A stretch of DNA of 64,000 bases from positions 55,614,001 to 55,678,000 of the forward strand of contig OZ024744.1 of the NCBI GenBank assembly GCA_964016885.1, read 5' to 3'. This document shows, piece by piece, positions 13,450 to 27,345 of the stretch. The first letter of the stretch is position 1, and the number at the start of each line of letters is the position of its first letter. The translations under genes were made by a program, and so were the position numbers. Source of the stretch: Eledone cirrhosa (lineage: Eukaryota). The notes under the pieces are model-generated. The model searched no databases. It worked only from the letters and a program-made list of their open reading frames with translations, and was not told the origin of the DNA.

Positions 13450-15266
13450 GTAAGTTTTAGCTTAGACATGGCTACTATTTGAGTTGATTTTCAATTTATA
13501 AATGTTTAGAAAATTAACCTGTAGCTAGGCATTTCTAGATATTTATTTTTCTACTTTCTCTTTCCACTGTTGTATTAGCTTTCTTCTATCTCATTTCACT
13601 GAAATCACTGATTGAATGCTGCCAAGTTCTCTCTTACACAATGGCTACAATAAATTCCATTATTATATTTCCCAGTATATTTTATTGTTTTAATATTTTT
13701 ATATTTTTTAAACACATCTTTTGCTGTTAGTAAAATTTAAAATAGAGATTTTTATCAATCTTTTATGACATTTGTAAAATATTTGACAAAACCTTCCATA
13801 GTTTTTTTTTTTTTTCTATTGATGCTGTTACATTGCTGAATGTCATGTCATGTATTTGTTATTTTTTATATGTATTTTTAAAGGGAAATTGCTGTGTAAT
13901 ATACATATGAATGAATGTGAGTCACACACAAATATATATATGTGAAATTTAATTTCAGTTTAATGTTCAAATTATGTAACTAAATATTACTGTATTACTG
14001 AAATAGTTCAGCTCAATTAATATATCATACATACATGTGTATTTGTGTGTGTGTATGTATGCATACACATTAAATGTATGATACAGCAGATGATCTAACA
14101 GATATTGTATACATTCTTTTTGTATTATGTGATCTGCGTAATCTTTTCTATAACATTTAACAATCAACAAATAGGTTCTGTTTCTATATAAATTAAAACT
14201 TACATATATTGAATTTATCAATCTCAATATAATTCTAATAATATCTAAACTATATTGTTCTTTTAGAAATAAGAGAACCGTGGATAAGACAGTTTATTAA
14301 GGGTTGGATTTATAAATGAAAATGCAGTGAAATTTACTACTCACTCTTGTGCAGGTTTAGTTGCCTCCTATGAGGTTGCATCCCAAAGGTGGATTCAATG
14401 GTAGGGATTCTAGTCTTGTGTCACAATATATTATTATCTAATAATATTAAGATTTAAAAATAATAATCATAGAAGGGACACAGTTTGTTATGGTGTGAGT
14501 TTATAAATGTCATAATATATTTTTTAAATATCTGAATAATATTGGGCTTAATATAGCCCTTTCAACTAAAACCTGTTCAAACTACCTTTCTTTAAGTGTT
14601 CAAATATAAAATCAAAATCTTGGACTGAAATCACACATTTACATGGTAGCTAATATTAGATTCCAGTGGTTTAAATATTTCTCTTATGTTGACAGTTAGT
14701 TATTTCACTAAACCTCTCATAATTCTTGATTAGTTTGAAAATTAAAACACAAAAGCAGTATATTCTTGTTAGAAATATGCTCACAAAAGGGTTAAAATAA
14801 CAAGCCATGAATGAGACATTTATGTGGTGGATTTTCCAGATTTCTTTGAAAAATAAGATTAAAGAAAATTTGTTGATTCTTTATTTCTTCGTTTGATTAA
14901 AATTCATTTCTTCATCATTCAAGAATCATCTGCTGTTCTATGTAATTGTTTGTTTTTTTAACTTTACATGTTAATGAGTATTTATTGAATTTATATCAAT
15001 CAGTTGACAGTTGTGGTTTGGCTTTATTCATTCCTTATAGTTTATCATCTCTCCTTCTCTCTTTCTCATCACTATACTATATAGAAGCCATGTTGGATTT
15101 ATTTTTAAGTTAATATAGCTATATAGCTTATTCTATTTCACATTCAGTGAAAAATATTACATTTTGTATTCTGCCTTGGTTATTAGGTTTATTGCAGTTA
15201 ATTTTGTGATCTGTTAGATTTAGTTTGTCATACACACACACACAGGTATATGTGGGTATATATACA

Positions 15267-15297
<31 letters not shown>

Positions 15298-17709
15298 GTG
15301 TGAAAGGGAGGAAATTATTTCATGTTAAACATCTGACAACTACATTGTAGTCCTTTTTTTTTTTTTTATGATTAAGATTAAGGAAGGCATTTATCTCTTA
15401 GTTGTCATTTTATACATTTTATATATTTCCTCACTATTTTTCAATTCTAAATTGCAATCAACAATGTGCTTTAATCAATCAGTCAAGTGTATAATGTTGT
15501 ATATTAATTATTCCATACTTGAAAAGATCTTTTCCAGTTAAGACGACTATGAAAAAGATTATTTTCACCTCCTATTTATTTAAAACTGTTAGTTGAACTA
15601 ACTCTCTTTTTAATAAATGAATTAAAAATTGCTTTTTTTATGTGTGTGCATATGGATGTTTTCAAATTTAGAATGTTGATGTATTTTTCTTGCTCTTAAA
15701 TTTATCCATAATTCAAGCTAGATGTAAACATGGCTGCCATTTTAAATAAGATAAGATTCTGTGTTTGTTAATAGGCTTATGGTTTCATTTGCTACTCAGG
15801 ATTATTTTAAATTCTTTTTCTTTTTTTTCTGTTTTGTTTTGTTGTCTTTTGGCTTTCAATCTCTTTTCCACTCATCTGGGTTTTTTTGGGGGTTTTTTTT
15901 TTTGTTCATTTCATTTCATTAGTATCTGCTTATAGTAGTACCCTCGATTGATTCATCTAACAATTGCTGTCTTCTATTCATTGAATTTTTCTTTTTCCTT
16001 ATTTACTTAAAATTAATTGAATCTTTTTAGTTTATTTATTTCTTGTGTGGATTCATGTTCGGTGGGACAGGGGATTTACATGTTGCAAGCATCCTAATAA
16101 ATTAGATATTAAACAAGGCAAATAACTATAAATCTGTATAGGCAATTTCTTTTCATTGATTTCTTATGGGATGTTGCTTTATATATCCACTTTCAAATAC
16201 ATCTCTGTCAATAAATACTATTTTATTTTCCATTCACCTAAAGATTCTGTTGTAAATTGTATTGAACCCTACAGAAAATTTCCATTGAACAGTATTTACA
16301 GTTTGATTGGGTTACCCTGTAGTGGCATTTCTACAGAAACAAAAGCCTTGCTTTCCTTTTGACACATACAAAACGTTCAAATAAAAAGGGAACATTTAAT
16401 ATGTAGAATCAAGAACATATTTGTTTTAAAGTGAAACCATTATTGATTTTATTTAAAGGGCTTCATTTCCCAATCTCATCTTTGTCTGTAGTTACCAATG
16501 TTTCGGACAAGGTCATCAAAATTCAAAATGGCAACTAGATCTTTTTTTTTACTTCTTCTCTTCCTTGTTGTTGATGTTGTTATTATTATTACTTTTAATT
16601 AGGATAATTAACTGAAATTGTTGCTAACAATAAATAGCTATATACAATGTCTAGTATCATGTTTTGTATTTTGTTAGAATTATCATTTGTTTTGCTTTTT
16701 TTTTTACCCCCTCTGGCCGATAATTTATCCAGAGATATTTAATATTTGAGCTATTGACTAAGATTTAATGTTTCACAAACAAAGATGGGACTTCTTAGCT
16801 TGGTCAAAAAGAGTAGTCACAGTGGTTGAGAATTATCGATTTAATTTTATTTGTAAGCCTATCTTGCTACAATCCTTTTGTTATTATATTTCTAAAAAGA
16901 AAGAAAAAAAAAACACTATTAGAATTAGTTAAAGACTTTAGAGGGATTTACTAAAATATTTAATTTCATTATTAAAATGATATTTGGAACATATCTTAAT
17001 AAAAGGTTCTTATATCAAATTATATTGGAAGGTTTTAATTTAAATAGGATCTCTCTAAAGTGGGTGGCTTTGTTTCATAGAACCAGAGGCAGTTTGGGGT
17101 AGGTTGGTATCAGAAGGGTTAAATCTCCACTTCCATATATTTCTATTATCTACCACCATAAGATTGTCTGGTGAGATATTTCAGCAAAAGTTTGCTTTGC
17201 TCCTATTATCAATACTTGCTTTCATTATTCCTGTTTAGAGGTACTCTGTATCAGGAGGACTCTTTATCATCATGTTTACTACGTATATTACATTCTTCCT
17301 CCCCCTCATCTGATTTTTATGTAACCTATCTTTGTAATGTCCCCCTCATTCTGTGTCCTTGTGGCAAATAACGCATTATCATTATTCAGTGACATTTACT
17401 GAGACAGAATCAATTATTTCTACCCAGAGCAGTTAGTGCTATTGACTATTCTCAGGGTGAAGGTGGGATTGATGTTTCTATGCAAAATGTACTTTTACTT
17501 TCACTTTCCATTAAAGCCATTATGGTAAACACCAATTCTACATTCAGTTACTGTAATATATGAATGTGTGTGTAACACTAAGATGAAATTAGAAGCGTTT
17601 ACTACTGAGTCCGTCTATCGCAGAATGTTCTTCCATGAATTTATAATCAATGAATTTATAATCAAGCTATCTTCATTTTATATATATATACATATATATG
17701 TATGTGTGC

Positions 17710-17732
17710 GCACACGCACACACACGCACACG

Positions 17733-17792
<60 letters not shown>
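17710..17792. repeat. (CA)n microsatellite
   Basis: Seen directly in the sequence. Confidence 0.95.
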
Positions 17793-17794
<2 letters not shown>

Positions 17795-19968
17795 AAACCT
17801 GTTTGGCTTTTTTTATTGACCTAAGTGCACAGTTTAGTCATGCAGTTGTCAAATAGCTCTGAAGTATTAAGAACCTGTTCTATGGAAATAATTCTTCTTT
17901 TATGTATGTTTAGTTCATCTTATATTGGTAGAATAGGGATTGTGAATCTTTTTTTTTCTCTTTAATTTTAAGTTGATTTTAATCATGTGACTAAGTGGTG
18001 ACTTATTGTAATTATTTTAGTTTCTTTCATTTCTCAACTTAATTGTTGACTCATTGTTTTAATGACACAATCACAAATTATTAAAAGGTTTATGCATCAG
18101 TTATTTTATAAATACCATAGTTTTCCAGTGAGTGTTGTTAGCTTCTTTAACTGTAATCAAGGAAATGAGCATGTTTCATTAATTAGAAATGTTTAAAGTA
18201 AGACAAGACTGTTATGTTAAAGTAGTGTTTACATTGAATACCAGTTGGGGAACTAATTTTCAAATTTGTGTATTACAATTGTTGCAAGTTAATGGCTTTC
18301 AAGTAAACTGAGTGTTACGTGATTAGAATTAGCAAGAATTACTTAAATTGTGCTTGTTCAAATGTGTTTTTAAAAATGATTGTTATTTTTAATCAATAAA
18401 CCCTTTCATTACCATTTTTCTAATGAAAGACATTACCTATCCTTTTCAAATATTGAAAATAGAAATTTAAAGGAATGTTTTGGACATAATTTAGCAAAGG
18501 TTCTTATATAAAATTATGATGGATATTTTTTTTAGATAAATATAAACACTTTCAAATAAACCAATTTCTATTATAGAACCAGGGTTAGTTTTCGGTAGTT
18601 TGGTCTCAAACAGGTTAAATATTCTATTATAAATTCTATGAAAATAAGGTAGTAGTATTGTCAAACAAAAGATCATGACATTAAATATTTTATCCTCTTT
18701 TTTTTTTTATTTACATTTTTGACAGTCTTGCCCATGTCTTATCTTATCTTTTAATCCTGAAACAACCACCTGTGGTTTTTAAGATGCAAACTGCTTCTAA
18801 ATACTTAAAATTATTATGGAAGGCTTTTAAAATAAATATATGTAAGAACATTTTTTTTTAAACATCAACTTAATGAAAAGGAAAGTTATTTTACTAAATC
18901 TCTTCAAATTGTTGATAATTTTCAAAATTATTTGAAAATGATTCTTACATTAGAAATGTTACAATCCTAAAATCCATACCAGTAAAACCTCTCTATAATA
19001 ATGATAAAGTTAAGCAGTTAGGATGTTGTGTTTTAGAATATTTCATAAATATCCTGTAAAGATCATTCTATCCCCTAGAGTTGCGAAGAATGACTCATCT
19101 TTTATGTCCGGTTCAGCTAATGTCTGAATAATGCAACAGCCAAACCATTACTGAGAGATGATAAAATGGTAATGTTTAAAGGTTTATCCTGAAAGAATAA
19201 ATCAACAACTATTACATTATATTTTTTTATACTTTTACTGGTTTCACTTATTAGACTACGGCCATGTTAGGGCAATTGTTTTGAAGGAATTTTTGCTGAT
19301 CATATTGACCACAAAGCCAAAAACAATGTGTGAGCAAGATATCATCTAACTTGTCTAGCCTCATAATGTGACAACCTGTCTAACCCATGCAAGCATGGAA
19401 AATAGATCTTAAATGGCGATGATAAAGGCATTGGTCTACCTAAGGCTATAATAGACATTTGCCCTAGGTGCTACACGGTGGGATTGAATATGAAGCCGTA
19501 TTAATTATTCTTTTTGACAAATGAGCTTAGATATATAGGTGGTTTTTCATTGATTCATAAGTACACAAGATAGATTAATGCGTTGAGCAAAATCTCAAAT
19601 TGTGTCATGTGTGATGCTATCAAATGGTTGGCAGTAGAAACACAATTGTTTTCTTGTTTATAGTATATATAACTTCCTTTTTTGTTATTTTTATGTAGTT
19701 TTAATATAATTTTGACTGTTGTTTATTTTCTTATAAAAACAAATTTTTAGAATTTAAGATTACAAAGGAAAAGTTTGAAAATATTATTAGCTCAGCTGAT
19801 CGTCAATGATTGTTTTAAATTTACTTTTTTTTAAATAATTAGCAATGGTTTATTATTTTATTTTTTTACTACTTTCAGTCATCAGATTGTGGTCATGCAA
19901 GAGTACTACTTAGGGGCTGTCTTAATATATTAAAATTCTCTTAAATTTATTGAAACTGTTATAAAATA

Positions 19969-20011
<43 letters not shown>

Positions 20012-20519
20012 CAATAACTTTATTAGGAAGGGCATCCAGCTGTAGAAACCAAGCCAAAATCAGTTCCCGTATGAGCAAGGCATGGTCACCTGACCTAGCA
20101 TTGCCCACAACAGTATAACCCATCTAACCCATGCTAGCATGAAAAAATGGATGTTAATAATGAATAACTGTTGGTTGAAACTGCCCCTGCATCTGCAATT
20201 CATAACTATTTGTTTTGAAGTGCTTATCTTTATCTAAAAAAACCTTTCATCATAATTTTAAGTAAGAATGTTTAAGTAACATTTCAAATGCCAGCTTAAT
20301 GAGGGAGGTAGTTATTCTTCTAAATATTTTCAAATCGTTGATTATTTTTAAAATTACTTTAAATTCATAAGTGGTGTATTCCATTAGCAATATGATAGTG
20401 AAATGGTTAAAGCAATGCTTGGAAGTAATGAAAACATTATAGTCAAAAGTTCTGCTGAAAACAGTCCAAAAACTGTCTTCAGCAATTTCACGATGGTGGT
20501 GGTGGTGGTGGTAGTAGTA

Positions 20520-20900
20520 ATGAAATAACAGAAAAGAGGTGCTATAGGTATACACCAGAAAATGACAAAGGAACAATATGCAAATATATACAGTGAGATT
20601 GAAGCTAATCAACAAAATAAAAATGCTTTTAAGTAACATTAGTCTTTGTAGATGACAATATATCTCTCACTGAAATTGAGAAAATTGTCCAAGTACAAAG
20701 ATCTAGAAATAGAAATAACCTGAATGTGGATGATGAAAACTGAAACAATCCTACAATAATAGGTGCTCTGGGAATAATAAAACAATCATAGCGACAGATA
20801 CATAACAAAATCTCCAGGACTTATAAATATATACAAAACTTATTAAAAAAAACAACTCTTCTTGACACTGCACACTTATTGTACTTTCAATACAATAAAA
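20520..20900 (+). mobile_element. Decayed R4/Dong-like non-LTR retrotransposon 3' end (restriction-like endonuclease)
   Basis: KLSKYKDLEIEIT*MW.MKTETI and IIGALGII remnants. Confidence 0.6.
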
Positions 20901-22838
20901 ACAACACTGCACATACAGTGAGAGCACAATGAAAATAAGATCTAAGAAAATAGCTTTTAAATTTGATTTTATAATAGAAACATTTCTTTTAGGATCAATT
21001 CAATCCACTCAACCTCCTACCCACACACAAAATCTGTCCTGTATCTATGCAACAAACAGTTATTAATGGAATAGTTGATTAGCAGAATCATTAGTGCTGG
21101 ACAAAACTATCTTATGGTTTTTAATTACAGCTCTTTACATTCTAAGTTAAAATGCTACCGAGGTCAACTTTCAACTTTCCAAGAGTTGATTTAATCGACT
21201 AACTAACCCCTCCACACAAATCTCTGGCATTATTCCAAAGTCAGAAATGATTATAATTATTATTATTAAAATTTTTTATTTCAACAATTTAATACTTGCA
21301 TAATTCAGATGCCAATTCTTTACATTATTATCAATATGTAAATCTCTTCATTCTGTAATTTTACAACATTGGCTTCTTGTGAAGATATTCTGCTGTGTAA
21401 AGAATGATTTATTTCCCACTATGTTGTGCAAGTGACAAGCTTTTGACTTTTGTTCTCAACTCAGTTTTATCAACTTGCACATGTACCATCCTTCCCTACT
21501 AACAAGGGTTGGGTGGGCTATCACAGATTAGGTCAGTACCTAATTGATGCCACTGACCTCTGACAGGTTAAGGGCTGCATCTAGCTTACATACATTTCAG
21601 CATTTTACAGGGTGCTGGGTACATTTATCGTGTTGCCACCACTAGTGAGGTTGTTATGCTATTGACAGAAATGAAGAGTCGTCTCAACCCTTTGATAGGC
21701 AATTTTTCTATAGCTGGATGCCCTCTCTAATGTCAACCACTTTACTGGGTGTATTGGGTGTATTTTTTGTGGTTCCAACATGAGAGAGGTTGTTGATCAT
21801 TGATTGAACTGATTGAACTTCTAACCTTAGGGGTCAGGGCTAGGCTCAAGTGAGACGTGTTTAGAAGAGGGAAAGTAAGATGGATAAGTATATCACCGGT
21901 GAGTGACAATATAGAGTTAAGAGATGACAAGTATGATGTATGACAAATGTGGTGAGATTTAAATGATGTATGGGAGGGAAGGGCTGAGAAAGTGTTATGG
22001 GTGAATGGTATGTGTGTTGTAATTTAAGAGATGTGGTGGACAGAGATATACTGGAGCAATGATTGATGTGACTGATCCTGGGTAGAGTGGAGGTGTACAG
22101 TGACGGTGAAGTGTGTAATAGTTGGGTGAGTGACAATGTGAGGGGTGAAGGAAGGATGACATTAACTGGTGTGGTGGGATTTAACAGGGTGATATAAGGG
22201 AAGGTGATCTTGGATAGAGAGGGGTGGGTACAGTGGTGGTGAAAATGGTTTATTAATCATAATATACCATTTGTATCATATATATATATATATAACCAAT
22301 GAGTTATTTAATTTGTTGGTTATTCAACACATTTAGTTTATAACAGATCAGAAGAAATCTGTAGAGTGCTTCTAGAGTATAATATCAATAATATTAATAA
22401 ATGGAAACTATCTTTATAAAAACATCACAAGGTTCTGGGTTCTAACTCTATATTTGTCCTTGTAAATAGTTGTTTCTCTAACAGTGCTCATAAATGTATG
22501 TCATTTGTACCTCTATGCTGAACATGCATGTTATTATATCTTAGAAATAAATTATTAAAATAATATTATCTTTAATCATTTCCACATTATAGTAATCAAT
22601 ATAAACTATAGGGTTTCTCTTCATCAAACCATTAATTTATCAAAACACAAATTTCTCAGTTTGTATGATAATTTATATACCCAATAATTCTGATATATGA
22701 AGCATACCAATTCTAAATTTGAAAAATACTATTGCTGTAATTATTGATGGTGTGGGTCCACTAGTATGTATGTGTGTGCGTGTGTGCGCATATATATATA
22801 TATATTCACACATACGTACTAGTGGACCCATTTTATAA

Positions 22839-22885
<47 letters not shown>

Positions 22886-23409
22886 CACATACACACTTAT
22901 AAAATGTTAGTCTCTAAAAATTAAATACATTTAATGCTATTGCTTTCATTACTGACTGCACTGGTCTTCTAGTTTTAAATATTTAATAAACTTTACATTC
23001 TTCTATGTGATGCATATGTGTTGCTATAATAATGACAATTACACAAGTGTGTGTGTGTACATATAGATACAATACAATAAAAAAAGCACCCAGTCCATCC
23101 TATTAGGTAGTCATTTTGGTGCCTTGATAAAAAGCACCCTCGCACTGTAACGTGGATGGTGTTAGGAAGGGCATCCAGCCAAGGAAAACTACAGATCCCT
23201 GTGCAAGACAGTCACCTGAATTAACTTGTCTCATAATGTGACATTATGCAAGAGTGGAAAATGGATGTTAAACGCTGGTGATGACAATGATATATATATA
23301 TAGATACATTTTTATATATGTTATGTGTACACATATACACATCAAATATGTGTATTTGTGATGTGTGTACATTAATATAAAAATGACAACGCAGATGTGA
23401 TGTGTGTGT

Positions 23410-23725
23410 CATCATCATCATCGTCCACTTTTCCCTGCTTGCAAGGGTGGAACGGGAACTGATTTCTACAGCTGGATGCCCTTCCTAACACCAACTTCAT
23501 TTACAGTGAGTGCTGGGTGCTTTTTTGCTGTGGCACCTCCACGACCACTTTGCTGTGGAATGATAGGGACCCCAGTCCTATCATCTCATTTCTACAGCTG
23601 AGTAAACTGGAGCAATGTGAAATAAAGTGTCTTGCTCAAGGAAACAACACATCACCCGGTCTGAGAATTGAACTCACAACCTTTCGATTGCAAGGCCAAT
23701 GCTCTAACCACTAAGCCATGTGCAT
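23410..23725 (-). mobile_element. SINE family B copy
   Basis: Highly similar to 9969-10300; followed by pure (TA)n. Confidence 0.88.
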
Positions 23726-23730
23726 GTATG

Positions 23731-23824
<94 letters not shown>

Positions 23825-24436
23825 GTATATATAATGTATATATAATGTATATATACATTACTAAATATAACTAGCACACATAAATGTATTTCCAGTTATC
23901 AAACTAAAGCTATATCAGCTGACTAAAACATACTGGCACATGTATACAATGTTTGTTTATAACACCTATTTTTGTCTGTTTTCTATCCACTATACTCGTG
24001 AATTTTGACATAAAAAACAGTTTGTAATTGGTATTTATATTTTAATAAAGTCCATCATTATTACTCTGTTGCAAAGCAGCCTCCCTCCTCTTCGTCATTA
24101 TTGTTGTTACCATAGTAACAACCATTGGTAATAATAGAAAAGAGAAAATCAATACAGTAATTTCTGAATAGTCTCCAGCAATATAGGTTTATAAATGTTG
24201 ATTAGATTGGTGTATTAGAATCTGGTTGTGAAGTAAAATATCCTCTTTGTTTAGGTTTAGCTGGGATGGTGGTAGTGGAGAGGATGGATATGTTGGTGGT
24301 AGTGTTTTTAGTAGTAGTTATGCTAGAGGGTAGAAAAAAAGTTGTGCTCTTGGCAACCCAGACAGATTTTTAATTCAGATAATGAGATTTTTCTTGATGC
24401 GTAAATGAAAAATAATAGAATACTTTGTTGGTTAGC

Positions 24437-24467
<31 letters not shown>

Positions 24468-24473
<6 letters not shown>

Positions 24474-24770
24474 ATAAGAAACGGAGAATCAGTGGTGCGA
24501 CGAATAAGATTTATTAGACATATTACAATCGTTTCTCGAGACATATCTGAGGATCTTGCGATTTCAGAGTCAGGTTTGATCATTGCATGGGTCGTGCCTC
24601 GAGCTGGTCGCCAGAGAAACGATTGTAATATGTCTAATAAATCTCATTCGTCGCACCACTGATTCTCCGTTTCTTATGTGATATTATACTCTACTCTGTA
24701 AGAGCATAGAGTGCTCAAACGGCCTACCGCTTACGGACGCTTTAAGCATCCCACACCAATTGTATATATA
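24468..24770. mobile_element. Foldback element in (TA)n, probably a non-autonomous Penelope-like pLTR derivative
   Basis: About 70 bp near-perfect inverted arms (24468-24537 and 24614-24683), a hammerhead motif, AATAAA after the ribozyme, and (TA)n on both sides. Confidence 0.65.
24539..24635 (+). ncRNA. Minimal type I hammerhead ribozyme (Penelope-like element type)
   Basis: Stem I AGACATAT/ATATGTCT (8 bp). Core CTGAGGA at 24547-24553. Stem II TCTTGCGA/TCGCCAGA (7 of 8 pairs). GAAA at 24616-24619, minimal stem III AC-GATT-GT, cleavage triplet GTA at 24625-24627. Confidence 0.75.
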
Positions 24771-25399
24771 TGTGTGTGTGTGTGTGTTCATACAGTCAAC
24801 CAAGGATGTTTGCACAAAAGGTTTGAGTATGGATTTATAATATTGGTTTATACACATTCACATATGTCTCCCACTCTTACACACACATGCACACACATTA
24901 GTTAACTATAACCTATTATATCATCATCATTTTCTGTTCATTTTCTATGCTGATATGGACGGGTGGGATATAGAAATATTAACTGTTATTTGACGTGTTG
25001 TTAAATGTAATAATGACTACTATCATACAGATGTGATTACACACACTCACAAAATCCACCCTGGTGAAACAACAATAAACACACAATCCACCCTGTAAGG
25101 TGGTTGTGTTGGTGGTACAAAAAAAAAGCACTCAATCCACCCTCTTAGATGGTCGTTCTGATGCCATGATAAAAAGTGTATTTTCAGTATAATAGTTATG
25201 AAACTAAAGCTATATCAGCTGACAAAAATATATTCCTTCTCCCTTAAAAAAAAAAAAGTCATTCTAAACAGTCTTTTAATCCCTTTAATACCAGCTTGCC
25301 CCAAACCCCCTCTGGTTCTATGAAACAAAGCCACCCATTTTATGGTGTTCCTTTTTTATTTAAATCTCCCTACATAATTTTACATAAAAAACTTTTTTA

Positions 25400-26340
25400 T
25401 GTTACAATTATCTTAACATACCTCTGCATGGGGCAGAGTCCTCAAGTATACCTTCCTTTCAGAAGCAACAATCTCCAATTGATCCGGCTGGATCACCAAG
25501 TGAGATCAGCGAAGCTCATGGATATTATCCAACCATCTTACTCGTGGTCTACCCCTGGGTCTCTGGATGGGTTTGCCCATAAAATCTGTCCAGCGATTCT
25601 TTCCTGAGACATTCAAACTGCATGTCCATAATATTAGAACTGTGATCTCTGAATTTGGAGAAGTAGCAGCACTACCTGGAGCAACTCTGATCTCCAAGCT
25701 ACACACTCTATCTAGTAACATTACTCTAAAGACCTTTTGGAAGAACCCCATTTCGACTGCTTGTATTTGCAATCCTATTCTTTCACTCATTACCCAAGAT
25801 TCATGACCATAGTTAAGAGTTGGCATGAATACCAAATTAAAGATGGCAAGTTTGGCTTTTACACCAACCTCATTTCTTTTGATGACTGAATGCTGAAACT
25901 AGTGCATTACTGTGCCAGCTCCTGCAATTCTTGTATTTCATTTAGCCTCCTGTCTTCCATCACTGGTGAAAATGGCCCTGAGGTACTTCAACTTCTCCAT
26001 CTACTTCAGTCTAACTCCACTTACATGTAGAGTGCACTGTGCAAGTTTCCTTGAGAGGATAAGTGTCTGAGTCTTTGCAGCAATGATTTTCATTGAGATC
26101 ACCTTCTGAGGAGTTAAGTAGTACCATGTCTGCAAATTCCAGCTGACTGATCCTACACCTACCAGTCTCAATACCACTTCCAACCTGGCTGCACATGCCA
26201 ATCCTGTCCATGAAGATTATGAACAAGAGGAACAACAGTACAAGCCCTTGGCTGAGTTCAATATCCACAGTGAATGGTTTTGACTCAGCATCGTTCATCT
26301 GAACACAAATACTAAGGCATTTGTATAGAAACTTCAGGGC
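25400..26340 (-). mobile_element. Decayed RTE-like LINE
   Basis: LSQGLVLLFLLFIIFMD, LEFADM, LNYGHESW...AVEMGFF and RPRGRPRVRWLDNI. Confidence 0.82.
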
Positions 26341-26914
26341 AAACTAATTATTTCATTACAAATATCATCTTGGTAATGAAATAAAAATTTTAGTAAATCC
26401 TTCCAAATTCTACATTAAACCAGCCAGAATTCTCTCACCTCTTTCTGTTCAAACTGGCTGTAACCAGCTGCTCATACTTGTGTTAAGGTATTGTTCTCAA
26501 AATAAATATCAATCTTCTAGATTTGATATTATGCGAGATAATTATGTAAGATAAAGTGTTTTCCGTGAAAATACAATAGTAAGTATAGAGTAATGTAAAT
26601 GCTAAAGGGTTCAAATACAAATGTATTTTGTTAGAAATATGGTAATGAAAGGCTTAAATAGATTTTATGAAACAAGTTTATTTTTGTTTTTGTTTATTCT
26701 TTTTATATTCTTTCACATTCTGATATTGATGATGGGTTTGGTTTCTAATTGCTCTGAGTAAACAATTTTCCACCCTTTTTTCCACAACACACAACATATT
26801 TCATAATACATGAATATATCTAGATTATTGTTAATCAATATTAGTACCACTCGCTGTTGAGTCATTATGTTAAAACAATGTGTGGGTGGGTGGGTGTAGG
26901 ACACTGAAGGCAAC

Positions 26915-26970
<56 letters not shown>

Positions 26971-26974
26971 ATTT

Positions 26975-27345
26975 TAATAGTGAGTCTTGTTACTCTGGAG
27001 TTTCGCCTGTTTATCACAGTGTCATTAGACAAGAATATTTCAATAGCAGACACAGTATAAATAAGGAAGACTTAAGGTGGGAGAAGGGGTAATTAAGATA
27101 GGGTGGGGGGGGGGATAAGGCTATGTGAAAGAAGGTAATAAAGGATAGTATTACCTTCTTGTACACAGCCCTATCCTCTCCAATTGTCACCACCACCCTG
27201 TCCACCCTATCTTAATTAACCCTTCTCTATTAAATCCTCTTCCCCCACATCAAGCCTTCCTTATACTATTGAAATGTTCTTGCCTGATCCTGTAATAAAC
27301 AAGTGAAATTCCAGAGTAACAAGACTCATTATTTAGCCTTAATAA
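26975..27345. mobile_element. Inverted-repeat element with two degenerate hammerhead motifs (Penelope-like pLTR pair)
   Basis: Arms at about 26975-27110 and 27200-27335 are diverged reverse complements. Each contains TCTTGY-CTRAT(GA)-stem II-GAAA-YTCCAGAG-TA-ACAAGA. The element abuts (TA)n. Confidence 0.65.
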
